Below are positions 10,505-20,261 of a DNA stretch of 32,000 nucleotides, in pieces. Under the pieces are notes generated by a model. The model saw only the letters and a list, made by a program, of their open reading frames with translations. It was not told the origin of the DNA and searched no databases. The DNA is from Candidatus Saccharimonadota bacterium (GTDB lineage: Bacteria > Pseudomonadota > Gammaproteobacteria > Enterobacterales > Enterobacteriaceae). The stretch lies in the NCBI RefSeq assembly GCF_023585745.1, contig NZ_CP097762.1:360001-392000 (forward strand). The letters are read 5' to 3'. Each line of letters opens with the position of its first letter. Positions within the stretch are counted from its first letter, which is position 1. A program made the position numbers and the translations under genes.

Positions 10505-11215
10505 ATGAATCGGTTTCCCCGCTTTCAAAATACTGTATCAGAACAAACTAGTAACACAATACAAACATACATACTCCAAGTCTTTGGCTGGATGTCATGC
10601 GGATTATTATTAACTGCATTTGTCGCATGGTTTGCTGCCCAAAACCCAGTAATATTGCAATTAATATTTTCTAATCAGATAATATTTTTTGGGCTTATTA
10701 TTAGCCAGTTAGCATTAGTATTTATTCTTTCTGGAATGGTAACAAGACTCAGTGGTTCTCTCGCAACTACATTGTTTATGTTATATTCCATGCTAACAGG
10801 TTTAACCTTATCTAGCATATTTATACTATACACGACCTCTTCTATAGCTAGTGCGTTTTTAGTAACATCTGGTATGTTTGGCGCAATGACATTATACGGA
10901 TACACTACCAAACGCGATTTAAGCAGTTTTGGTAACTTGTTGTTCATGGGATTAATAGGTATAGTATTGGCGTCATTAATAAATTTGTGGTTAAAAAATA
11001 CAACATTAATGTGGTTAATTACATATATTGGAGTTATAATATTTGTAGGACTCACAGCCTATGATATTCAAAAACTAAAATCTATCGGATTATCTGTATC
11101 TATAGATAATTCTGATCAATTTAGAAAATTATCCATTATAGGAGCGTTAACCTTATACTTAGATTTTGTTAATTTATTTTTAATGATGATTCGTATTTTT
11201 GGAAATCGCCGTTAA
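10505..11215 (+). CDS. ybhL: BAX inhibitor-1/YccA-family inner-membrane protein (YbhL-like)
   Basis: MNRFPRF...LQVFGWMSCGLLLTAFVAW...YGYTTKRDLSSFG...GALTLYLDFVNLFLMMIRIFGNRR is colinear with E. coli YbhL, which starts MDRFPRS. I prefer the ATG at 10505, which is preceded by AAGGTG at 10492-10497, over the ORF-track GTG at 10496. Confidence 0.88.
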   Translation: MNRFPRFQNTVSEQTSNTIQTYILQVFGWMSCGLLLTAFVAWFAAQNPVILQLIFSNQIIFFGLIISQLALVFILSGMVTRLSGSLATTLFMLYSMLTGLTLSSIFILYTTSSIASAFLVTSGMFGAMTLYGYTTKRDLSSFGNLLFMGLIGIVLASLINLWLKNTTLMWLITYIGVIIFVGLTAYDIQKLKSIGLSVSIDNSDQFRKLSIIGALTLYLDFVNLFLMMIRIFGNRR

Positions 11216-11241
11216 AATATATAAAATTTATTTCAACAAAT

Positions 11242-11290
11242 CACACCTAAATATTTTTAAAAATTATTTCATGTTAAATATCTAGGTGTG
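11242..11290. terminator. Candidate bidirectional terminator hairpin between convergent ybhL and ychF
   Basis: The arms are cacacctaaatattt (11242-11256) and aaatatctaggtgtg (11276-11290). That gives 15 bp with one mismatch, a G+C-containing base (cacaccta/taggtgtg) and a 19-nt loop. It lies 27 nt after the ybhL stop and 25 nt after the ychF stop. Confidence 0.5.
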
Positions 11291-11314
11291 TGTTGTTTAC
11301 TACAGCATATAATA

Positions 11315-12427
11315 TTATTTTTTTCTACTTCTTCTGTTAAACAGAAACTTTAAGACATCTCCGTCTCGGATACAGTAATTTTTGCCTTCATAAAATATTT
11401 TACCGAATTTCTTTGATCCTGATTCTCCCTTATACTTAATAAAATCATTATATTTTATCACTTGTACTTTAATAAAACCATCACTAAAATCACTGTGAAC
11501 CTTCTGAGAAGCCTCCAAAGCAGTAATTCCCGATTTACATACCCAAGCACGCGCCATGTTTGCATTTACAGTAAAAAAAACACACAAATCTAGCACAGAA
11601 AATATCTTACTTGTAATTTCATGTAAAAAATTATTTTTATATAAAATCAATTTATTTTTATTAAATAAAATATTATTTTTACTGTCTAAAAAAAGAGACA
11701 AAAAATTGCATAAAATAAATGAAGAGTTTTTAGCAGATAAAAATCTATATAGCTTATCCAAATAAATATTATTCAATCCAGTAGTAATATCATGAGGAGT
11801 GTTAATAATATAAATAGTAGGTTTTGCAGTCAAAAGATTAATTTTTCTAAAATACATTTTTTCTGAAACAGCAAACTGTACATTACTCAAAAAAATTCCA
11901 TCATATAAATAATGCAGACATTTTCTTAATACTGATAACTGTAACTTTATATCATTATTTTTAATAAAAGACTTAGACTGCTTTTCTAACGTAGATATTA
12001 TTTTTTCACACTGCAAAATATCAAACAAAATAAGTTCATCATTTACAATATTAATGTCCCTGCAGGGATCTATATTATTAAATATATGTGTAATTTTGTT
12101 ATCAATAAAACAACGAATCATATGAAACAATATCTTCGTTGTATTAATGCAAGAAAAAATTTTATTACCCATACCAATCCCTTGCGCAGCTCCCTTAATT
12201 AAACCAGCAACATCAACAAATCTTACTGTGCCCTGTACTACTTCATGAGATTGCGCAATGTCTGCTAACATGTATATTCTATTATCTGGAATATACATTA
12301 CTGCTACATTAGGTTGAATAGTACAAAAAGGAAAATTAGCAACTCTAACAGATGCATCAGTCAAAATATTAAATAAAGCAGACTTACCAGTATTAGGTAA
12401 ACCAATAATACTACAATCAATTTGCAT
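11315..12427 (-). CDS. ychF: Ribosome-binding ATPase YchF (Obg-like GTPase family)
   Basis: The 370-aa product has the P-loop IGLPNTGKSALFN. It also contains ANFPFCTIQPN, FVDVAGLIKGA and the C-terminal TGS-like region VRAW...HSDFSDGFIKVQVI...GKNYCIRDGDVLKFLFN. It is colinear with E. coli YchF and lies upstream of pth, as in enterics. Confidence 0.93.
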   Translation of the reverse strand: MQIDCSIIGLPNTGKSALFNILTDASVRVANFPFCTIQPNVAVMYIPDNRIYMLADIAQSHEVVQGTVRFVDVAGLIKGAAQGIGMGNKIFSCINTTKILFHMIRCFIDNKITHIFNNIDPCRDINIVNDELILFDILQCEKIISTLEKQSKSFIKNNDIKLQLSVLRKCLHYLYDGIFLSNVQFAVSEKMYFRKINLLTAKPTIYIINTPHDITTGLNNIYLDKLYRFLSAKNSSFILCNFLSLFLDSKNNILFNKNKLILYKNNFLHEITSKIFSVLDLCVFFTVNANMARAWVCKSGITALEASQKVHSDFSDGFIKVQVIKYNDFIKYKGESGSKKFGKIFYEGKNYCIRDGDVLKFLFNRRSRKK

Positions 12428-12513
12428 AAAATATTATTAAATAACTATAAACAATCTAGTTCTAGTGCTAGATCCACTACAGCGCAATTAGTTTTATTCT
12501 AAATACTATATCA

Positions 12514-13092
12514 TTAACGATGTAATATATTCATAACTTTTATAAAATTCCTAGCTACTATATCTTCAGTGCACGCAATAGCTTTATTAATTGCATTATC
12601 AATGCTAATACGATCATTAATACTCGGTTTATTTAAAACAAAATCACATACTTTATTTTTATTACCAGGATGTCCTATACCAATACGCAAGCGATAAAAA
12701 TTACATTTCCTATTTAAACGTAACACTAAATCTTTTACCCCATGATGAGTATCACTGTTTGCTCTGCTACCTAACTTAACACGCACAACACCGGGTAATA
12801 AATCAAGCTCATCATAAGCAACTAAAACTTGATCTACACACAATTTATAAAATTTAATACATCTATATACAGACAATCCATTGATGTTCATATACATAGC
12901 CGGTATTAATAAATACACAATACCAATATCTAAATTTAATACACCAACATATCCAGAAAGTATATTTTTTTTATTTAAAGAAACTTTATATTTTTTTGCT
13001 AAAAACTCAACATATCTAGCGCCAGAATTATGTCTAGTCTCCAGATATCTACATCCAAAATTTCCCAATCCAACTATAAGTTTAATTGTCAT
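12514..13092 (-). CDS. pth: Peptidyl-tRNA hydrolase
   Basis: The 192-aa product starts MTIKLIVGLGN. It contains TRHNSGA, AYDELDLLPG, HHGVKD and FYRLRIGIGHPGNKNKVCDFVLNKP, and is colinear with E. coli Pth (194 aa). Confidence 0.96.
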   Translation of the reverse strand: MTIKLIVGLGNFGCRYLETRHNSGARYVEFLAKKYKVSLNKKNILSGYVGVLNLDIGIVYLLIPAMYMNINGLSVYRCIKFYKLCVDQVLVAYDELDLLPGVVRVKLGSRANSDTHHGVKDLVLRLNRKCNFYRLRIGIGHPGNKNKVCDFVLNKPSINDRISIDNAINKAIACTEDIVARNFIKVMNILHR

Positions 13093-13258
13093 ATATTTTA
13101 CAATATACCAATTTAATCAGTTCTATATATAAACCTCATAACATCACTAATAACACAATTATATCAACACATATACACTAACTTTTATAAAAAAATTAAA
13201 ATACCTTTTTAATAATTAGAAAACTATATACCATTCATTTTAAAAAAAATAAATATTT

Positions 13259-14221
13259 TCAGTACGCAAACATAGCAGAAATTGATTCTTCATTACTAAT
13301 ACGACGAATCGTTTCAGCTAACATACCAGATAAAGTTAATATACGTACATTAGATAATGACTGAATTTTTGGTTTTAAAGGAATAGTATCACATACAACA
13401 ATCTCATCAATCATAGAACTTTGGATATTTTCATACGCATTGCCAGAAAAAATTGGATGAGTAATATATGCGAAAACACGACAAGCACCTTTTTCCTTTA
13501 AAACATCTGTAGCTTTACATAATGTTTCACCAGTATCAATCATATCATCTACTAATATACAATCACGATTATGTACATCTCCAATAATATGCATAATTTG
13601 CGCAATATTAGCACGCGACCTACGTTTATCTATGATAGCCATATCAGTATCATCAAGTAATTTAGCAATAGCACGCGCGCGTATCACGCCCCCAATATCT
13701 GGAGATACTACTATAGGATTATTAAAACTTTGTTGCATCATATCTTCTAACAAAATCGGGCTTCCAAAAACATTATCTACTGGAACATCAAAAAACCCTT
13801 GTATTTGTTCAGCATGTAAATCTACCGTTAAAATACGATCTACTCCTACGCTAGATAAAAAATTTGCTACTACTCTAGAAGTAATTGGAACTCTAGCTGA
13901 TCTAACTCTACGATCTTGTCTAGCATAACCAAAATAAGGAATAACAGCAGTAATCCTAGAAGCTGATGCGCGTCTTAACGCATCTATCATGACAATAAGT
14001 TCCATTAAATTATCATTTGTAGGAGCGCAAGTAGACTGAATAATAAACACATCTCCCCCGCGAACATTTTCATTAATCTGTACACTTACTTCGCCATCAC
14101 TGAAACGACCTACAGATGCTTTACCAAGATTAGTATATAATCTATTGGCAATAAGTTGAGCTAATTCTGGGATAGCATTTCCAGTAAAAAGTTTCATATT
14201 TAAATTATCTCGTAATTTCAT
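13259..14221 (-). CDS. prs: Ribose-phosphate pyrophosphokinase (PRPP synthetase)
   Basis: The product is very highly conserved. It contains [50 protein letters not shown] and the PRPP loop [11 protein letters not shown]. The E. coli-like N-terminus MKLFTGNA corresponds to an internal ATG at 14197, so the true start may be 14197 rather than 14221. Confidence 0.95.
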   Translation of the reverse strand: MKLRDNLNMKLFTGNAIPELAQLIANRLYTNLGKASVGRFSDGEVSVQINENVRGGDVFIIQSTCAPTNDNLMELIVMIDALRRASASRITAVIPYFGYARQDRRVRSARVPITSRVVANFLSSVGVDRILTVDLHAEQIQGFFDVPVDNVFGSPILLEDMMQQSFNNPIVVSPDIGGVIRARAIAKLLDDTDMAIIDKRRSRANIAQIMHIIGDVHNRDCILVDDMIDTGETLCKATDVLKEKGACRVFAYITHPIFSGNAYENIQSSMIDEIVVCDTIPLKPKIQSLSNVRILTLSGMLAETIRRISNEESISAMFAY

Positions 14222-14313
14222 TATATAAAAGATTATAAATATAATATTAACGTACTAAAATATAAATAATAAACTTATTTCTACCCTGTTCTGCGCGGTG
14301 TATCTACACATAC

Positions 14314-15180
14314 TTATGTATATAATAGCTTTTGATATAATGGGGATATATTTGCCCCTCGGGTCACTATACTACTCATCCAAGTGGGTAAGTAACTTTG
14401 AACAAGATTAGCCAATTGTTTAGTATCAAATTCAGAAAATATACAAGATCCAGTACCTGTAAGTCTAGCAGTTGTATACTGTGACAGATATTTAAAATAA
14501 ATATTTATTACAGGAAAATATGATCTTACAATGTTTTCAAAGTCATTATAAAATGAACAAGATAACAATTCCCTTACAGAACGATGTGGAGAATAACAAT
14601 ATTTTCTTAATTTATACATCTGAAACACCCAACTAGTACTCACCATAACTGGCGGTATAAGTATAAGGTACCACTTCTCTGGCATAAAAAAAACAGGTGT
14701 TAAAATATTTCCAATGCCCTCTGCGATAGATGAATATCCTAATATAAAAACCGGAACGTCTGCGCCTAACATCTCACCTAATTTCATTAAAATCTTCTGA
14801 CTTAAACAACAACGCCACTTGCGATTAAGCACTACCAAAACAGTTGCAGCATCAGAAGATCCTCCTCCTAAACCAGCACCTATAGGCAACACTTTGTTTA
14901 AAATAATATCTGCCCCAAGGAATAAACTATTTTTAATATTTGACCAACAGTACTTTTGCAACAATCTAGCTGCTTTCATAACTAAATTATTTGAATGTAA
15001 TAAACTGCTGGTTTTAGTAAACAATCGAATTTTTCCATTATTTGTCACAGCTATCTCTATAGTATCGCCATAATTAATAAAATGAAAAAAAGTTTGTAAA
15101 AAATGATAATTATCATCCCGACGACCCGTAACATACAAAAATAAATTAAGCTTACCTGGAGCGGGCCAACAGCCACTCAT
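14314..15180 (-). CDS. ispE: 4-diphosphocytidyl-2-C-methyl-D-erythritol kinase (MEP pathway)
   Basis: The 288-aa product contains WPAPGKLNLFLYVTGRR, the GHMP-kinase motif PIGAGLGGGSSDAATVLV, and ARLTGTGSCIFSEF. It is colinear with E. coli IspE and lies upstream of prs, as in enterics. Confidence 0.94.
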   Translation of the reverse strand: MSGCWPAPGKLNLFLYVTGRRDDNYHFLQTFFHFINYGDTIEIAVTNNGKIRLFTKTSSLLHSNNLVMKAARLLQKYCWSNIKNSLFLGADIILNKVLPIGAGLGGGSSDAATVLVVLNRKWRCCLSQKILMKLGEMLGADVPVFILGYSSIAEGIGNILTPVFFMPEKWYLILIPPVMVSTSWVFQMYKLRKYCYSPHRSVRELLSCSFYNDFENIVRSYFPVINIYFKYLSQYTTARLTGTGSCIFSEFDTKQLANLVQSYLPTWMSSIVTRGANISPLYQKLLYT

Positions 15181-15960
15181 TATTGTCTCCCAATAATACC
15201 ATTAATATAAAACTAAAAAATTAACTTTTAGTAAATTTAAATATTAATGTATTTCTTTATAAGATATTAAAATTTGTATACATGCATATACTAATATCTA
15301 TATATTTAACAAATTTAAAAAAATAATAAAATGTTATTTCAATAATAAAAACTAAAAAATTAAATTTTTATCATTAATAAAAACTTATAATACAATTAAT
15401 TTATATTGTCTATAAGTATATTAATTGTAAATCACACAATTTATGACGAACACAATTTCTAATAATAAATAAACACATACTATATATAAAGCATAATATA
15501 CTGTATATTATAATTAAATAATAATAAAAAACTATGTAAAAATGGCAAATTTACAAAAATATTGATTGATTTTACTAAAAAATCGAATCAGTATGCAATA
15601 AAAATTATTTTGTAATATAAATACACTATGTTAGTAGTACCTAATATTAATCTGATTAAATAAAATTTTTGTTAATCTTTAAAAAATATTCATTAGTATA
15701 ATAAATACCTAATTTAACCTATTAATCAAAATTATTATTAATTAGCACCATTTAATGTTAATATAATAATATTAATATATAATATCTCTATTATTGTAGT
15801 TTTTATTTAAAATTTACATATGTTAAGAAACATATTCCAATATAATAAAAAATTATTATTCTTAATATTCCCAATATATATATAAACATATATACATAAT
15901 ATAATATAAAATTTATAAAACTATATTTTATTAACGCATAAATCTAATCTTAATATTCAT

Positions 15961-17043
15961 ATGGATCCTATTATTATAACAAAACTAATTATTTTAAAAA
16001 AACGCTTTGACGTTTTAAAAAAATTAATTAATACACCGAAAATACTCTATAACAAAAAAAAATTCCTCCTATTACATAAAGAACATACTCAATTATTTGA
16101 AATCGTTACTTGTTTCCAAAATTGGTTAAATACAAAACAAGAAATTAATAACATTAAAAATATGTTAACAGAAAAAGATATGTATGATTTAGTGCAAGAT
16201 GAATTAAAAATATTTAATGCAAAAAAAATTAATCTAGAAAATCAATTAACCATGTTGTTATTACCTGAAGATAAAAATGATAAACTTGGCTGTTTTATAG
16301 AATTACGCGCTGGTACAGGTGGAAAAGAAGCAGCAATATTTACTGCAGAGTTATTTCGAATGTATACTCGATATGCAGAATTACGCCATTGGAATATAGA
16401 AATAATCCACATTGCCGATAGTGAATACGAAGGGTATAAAGAAATTATTATTAAAATTCCTAATAAAGGAGCATATAGTCAATTAAAATTTGAATCTGGA
16501 GGTCATAGAGTTCAAAGAATACCTCATACTGAATCACAGGGTCGAATACATACCTCTACATGCACAATCGCTGTGATTCCTGAAATACCATATACTGATT
16601 TCCCTAAAATTAACTCAAACGATTTAAGAATAGATTCTTTTCGTGCATCCGGAGCTGGCGGACAACATGTGAATACCACGGATTCAGCAATTCGCATTAT
16701 TCACATACCCAGCGGTTTAACTGTAGAATGCCAAGACGAACGATCACAACATAAAAATAAAGCTAAAGCGTTATCAATATTAAATTCTAGATTACACGCA
16801 TTAGAAACTAAAAGACGCCAAAAAGAAGAATCTAATACCCGACGTAATTTATTAGGAACTGGAGACAGATCTGATAGAATTCGTACATATAATTTTCAAC
16901 AAGGCCGAGTTACCGATCACCGAATTTCATTTACGTCCCATAAATTGCATAATATAATGCACGGAGATTTAGATATTTTAATAAAACCTATTATTAATAA
17001 ATATAAATTTGATCAACTCAATAAATTATTACAATCAAAATAA
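15961..17043 (+). CDS. prfA: Peptide chain release factor 1
   Basis: The 360-aa product has the GGQ motif (SGAGGQHVNTTDSAIRI) and a PxT recognition tripeptide at residues 188-190 (PHT, 16522-16530). The motifs HRVQRIP.TESQGRIHTS and GDRSDRIRTYNF are also present. Its length is the same as E. coli RF1. Confidence 0.97.
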   Translation: MDPIIITKLIILKKRFDVLKKLINTPKILYNKKKFLLLHKEHTQLFEIVTCFQNWLNTKQEINNIKNMLTEKDMYDLVQDELKIFNAKKINLENQLTMLLLPEDKNDKLGCFIELRAGTGGKEAAIFTAELFRMYTRYAELRHWNIEIIHIADSEYEGYKEIIIKIPNKGAYSQLKFESGGHRVQRIPHTESQGRIHTSTCTIAVIPEIPYTDFPKINSNDLRIDSFRASGAGGQHVNTTDSAIRIIHIPSGLTVECQDERSQHKNKAKALSILNSRLHALETKRRQKEESNTRRNLLGTGDRSDRIRTYNFQQGRVTDHRISFTSHKLHNIMHGDLDILIKPIINKYKFDQLNKLLQSK

Positions 17044-17882
17044 TGCAATGGAATCAATGGTTATCTTGGGCAACTTCACAACTAAAAAACTCTGATACAC
17101 CTAAAAGAGACGCAGAAATACTATTAGAACAAGTTCTTAAAAAATCCCGCGCTCAATTACTAGCATTTGGTGAAACATTATTAGAACATAATAATATTAT
17201 CCAATTAAATCATTTAATTACTCGCAGAAAAAATAGAGAACCTATTGCCTATATTATTGGCTATAAAGAATTCTGGTCTTTAAATTTTAAAGTGTCACGG
17301 GGCACATTTATTCCCAGGCCAGATACTGAATGCTTAATCCAACATACATTAGATTTATTTAATAATACTGTAAACTTAAACGTCCTAGACTTAGGGACTG
17401 GAATTGGCACAATTGCACTATCTATTGCATCAGAACAACCAACCTGGAATATTACAGGAATTGATTGTCAAAACCAAGCGTTAAAACTAGCTGAAAAAAA
17501 TAAAGCATCATTTAACTTAAAAAATGTCAAATTTTTACATGGAAATTGGTTTCAAAAATTAATGAAAAAAAAATTTAATCTTATAATTAGTAATCCACCT
17601 TATATTAGTAAAAATGATCCATGTTTAAAAAATAGTGATTTAATCTTTGAGCCCCCGAGAGCACTGATATCACAAAAATCAGGACTATCTGATTTAACAA
17701 TTATTAGTAAATATTCTACTCAACATTTATGCCATAACGGATGGTTAATTATGGAACACGGATGGAATCAAGGAGAATATATACGCACATTACTTAAAAA
17801 AATTAAATTCACAAATATCTGTACAATTCGAGATCACAATCATCAAGAACGTATAACATGCGGTAAATGGATAATATATTAA
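17043..17882 (+). CDS. prmC: Release-factor glutamine N5-methyltransferase
   Basis: The 279-aa product has REPIAYIIGYKEFW, the SAM-binding motif VLDLGTGIGTIAL and the catalytic motif ISNPPYI (NPPY). Its ATG overlaps the prfA TAA by 1 nt (TAATG). Confidence 0.94.
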   Translation: MQWNQWLSWATSQLKNSDTPKRDAEILLEQVLKKSRAQLLAFGETLLEHNNIIQLNHLITRRKNREPIAYIIGYKEFWSLNFKVSRGTFIPRPDTECLIQHTLDLFNNTVNLNVLDLGTGIGTIALSIASEQPTWNITGIDCQNQALKLAEKNKASFNLKNVKFLHGNWFQKLMKKKFNLIISNPPYISKNDPCLKNSDLIFEPPRALISQKSGLSDLTIISKYSTQHLCHNGWLIMEHGWNQGEYIRTLLKKIKFTNICTIRDHNHQERITCGKWIIY

Positions 17883-18137
17883 ATATATATTTTCCACATA
17901 TATCAAATAAAATATTATAAAATTTAGAAAATTATTATTTAAGTATATAGACTCATATATTAATTGTTGTATATCAAATACATTTTTATATAAAATATAT
18001 TTGTATATATAATAAAAATTATATTTAATTATATTAAATTTAAACAAATTATATAGTTATATTCAAAATATTTACATCTATTAATGATTAACTTATATTA
18101 ATAATATATATTATATTACTAATTTATAGTGTAAAAC

Positions 18138-18971
18138 ATGAAAACTTTAACAGTAAATATTAAAGATATAAAAATATCAAACACATTACCATTTGTATTA
18201 TTTGGGGGTATGAATGTTTTAGAGTCACGAGATATAGTAATGCAAGTTTGTGAACATTATATTAACGTAACTCAAAAACTAAACATCCCCTATATCTTTA
18301 AGGCATCTTTTGACAAAGCAAATCGCTCTTCAATAGAGTCATATCGTGGACCAGGATTGCAACGAGGTTTATGCCTACTTGATGAAATACGGAAAAACTT
18401 CAAAGTTAAAATTATGACTGATATACATGAAATACATCAAATAAATGATGTTTCAAAGATAGTAGATGTCTTACAAATACCGGCATTCCTAGCAAGACAA
18501 ACCGATTTAATTATATCTGCAGCAAAAACTGGTATGGCAATCAATATAAAAAAACCTCAATATATGAACCCTACACAAATTACTCATATTGTAAATAAAT
18601 GTCGATCAGTTAAGAACAATAAAATAATTTTATGTGAAAGAGGCACTATTTTTGGGTACGACAACTTAATAGTAGACATGCTAGGTCTGAAAATAATGCA
18701 TCAAGTTTCTGGCGGATGCCCAGTGATAGTAGATGTCACTCATGCTTTGCAAAACAGACAACCACTTAGTAAAACCTCTGGAGGGAGGAACTCACAAATC
18801 TATGAACTCGCTAGAGCTAGTATTGCAATAGGTATTGCAGGGTTATTTTTAGAATCCCATCCAAATCCATACCAAGCTAAATGTGATGGTCTTTCTGCGC
18901 TTCCATTAAATAAATTAGAGTTTTTCCTAAAACAAATGAAAACTATCGATGAAGTAATCAAATCGTTATAA
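18138..18971 (+). CDS. kdsA: 3-deoxy-8-phosphooctulonate (KDO-8-P) synthase
   Basis: The 277-aa product contains [50 protein letters not shown] and [17 protein letters not shown]. It is colinear with E. coli KdsA (284 aa). Confidence 0.96.
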   Translation: MKTLTVNIKDIKISNTLPFVLFGGMNVLESRDIVMQVCEHYINVTQKLNIPYIFKASFDKANRSSIESYRGPGLQRGLCLLDEIRKNFKVKIMTDIHEIHQINDVSKIVDVLQIPAFLARQTDLIISAAKTGMAINIKKPQYMNPTQITHIVNKCRSVKNNKIILCERGTIFGYDNLIVDMLGLKIMHQVSGGCPVIVDVTHALQNRQPLSKTSGGRNSQIYELARASIAIGIAGLFLESHPNPYQAKCDGLSALPLNKLEFFLKQMKTIDEVIKSL

Positions 18972-19638
18972 AGATAAATACTAATAATATTAGTACATAG
19001 TGTATGTATCAAAAAAATTAAAAAAATCAAATTTTATATAAAAATTAATATTTAATAAATAAAATAATATTAACTACATTTTGATTTTAAATAAAACATA
19101 AAACTTACTAAGTACTTTGATGCAAAAAGACATATATAACTATACATGATATTAAATATATATGTAAATATACAAAACTATCTAAAATACACTTTTATAC
19201 TTAAAACAAATTCAATTTAATTCAAAAAAACAATATAACAATTTATATTTTTGATGTAATATAACAATATTATCTGTCAAAAATTAAAAGTTCTACAAAA
19301 CTAATATATAATTTATGTGAGCGCTCCTATAAATAAATGACATGTTAATAGTAATAAAATTACACTGATATATAATATCATTAATAATAAAATTATTCTA
19401 AAATAGAATTTTTCTGATATTATCTGTGATAAATATATAATTATTTTGACTATACTAGTTTCATTTAATCTATAAAAAACAATGAAATTTCTTTAAGTTG
19501 TAAGAACTAGTAAACATATTTTATATACACATTATTAAAAATAATACAATAACAAGATCACACTCAAATTTATACCTATTTTAAATAATTTATATCAATA
19601 AAAGTACAATACGCACCCTAAAACATAGGGAACTATCA

Positions 19639-20261
19639 ATGCTTGTTATTATTTTGCACAATGAAAACTAATGCTAATAGCATCATATAAAATACCCTTT
19701 GAAATTTTTAACGATATAAATCTAAAATTATCCAAACATTGTATAATAACTCAAAATAACAGAAAAACTTATTAAGTTTATTAATACAATTACTGAAGAT
19801 AATATATTAAAATGTATCATTTTAACAAAAAATTGAATTATATTATAATAAATACCTTTTATGCACATTTATTGAAACATGCAATAAACAATTATGAAAA
19901 AACTAAAATGATGCTCATTACTGAAACAAATAAAAATTCTGTTAATCTACGAGACTCAATAATAACTTAATTACAAATGATCTAATGATCCCAGAACAAG
20001 ATATAGCTAAATCATAAAAATTATGATAATAAAAATAACCACATGTAAACATACTAGAAACACACTTGTTTTACTAAATAAAACATATAAAATATCTACA
20101 ATACATGAAAAAAATTAACTGCAATAAAGATAATAAATTTCATTATCATAAAAATACATAAATATATGCCGGGAACTGCATGATAAACATCATATCTTTA
20201 CAAAACTATAAACTACATAATATTTTATTGTTTAATTCAAATAAAAATTTACAACGTATTT
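19639..20261 (+). pseudogene. thrS: Decayed N-terminal half of thrS (TGS domain and N2 editing domain), broken by frameshifts and stop codons
   Basis: The ancestral ATG at 19639 keeps an AGGGA Shine-Dalgarno sequence (19626-19630). Short translated islands in shifting frames are colinear with E. coli ThrRS residues 1 to about 220:
- MLVIILHNEN* versus MPVITLPDGS
- PFEIFNDINLKLSKHCIITQNNRKTY* versus [26 protein letters not shown]
- ITEDNILKCIILTKN* versus LIENDAQLSIITAKD
- FYAHLLKHAINNYEKTKMMLITETNKN versus [28 protein letters not shown]
- LNHKNYD versus LAEKNYD
- NSNKNLQRIYEIT* versus DSNNKMLQRIYGTAW
I count about five frame changes and at least ten in-frame stops. Confidence 0.85.

Noticed and set aside
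16522-16530. The RF1 stop-codon recognition tripeptide reads P-H-T instead of the E. coli P-A-T.
   Set aside because: The discriminating positions are the Pro and the Thr, and both are conserved. The middle residue is variable among RF1 proteins, so no change in decoding is implied.
17790-18047. An 85-aa minus-strand ORF in the prmC-kdsA spacer, and the similar 76-aa ORF at 18800-19030.
   Set aside because: Their composition is almost entirely I/Y/N/F/K/L encoded by A/T-only codons. They have no Shine-Dalgarno sequence and no motif. One end of each overlaps a real gene. They are consistent with chance ORFs in ~15% G+C DNA.
19616-19630. A hairpin, cccta-aaaca-taggg, just upstream of the ancestral thrS ATG, considered as a relic of the ThrRS translational operator (a tRNA-Thr anticodon-arm mimic).
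   Set aside because: The loop is 5 nt (or AAAACAT if the stem is shortened) and contains no xGU anticodon-like triplet. The 3' arm doubles as the Shine-Dalgarno sequence. The evidence is insufficient to call an operator.
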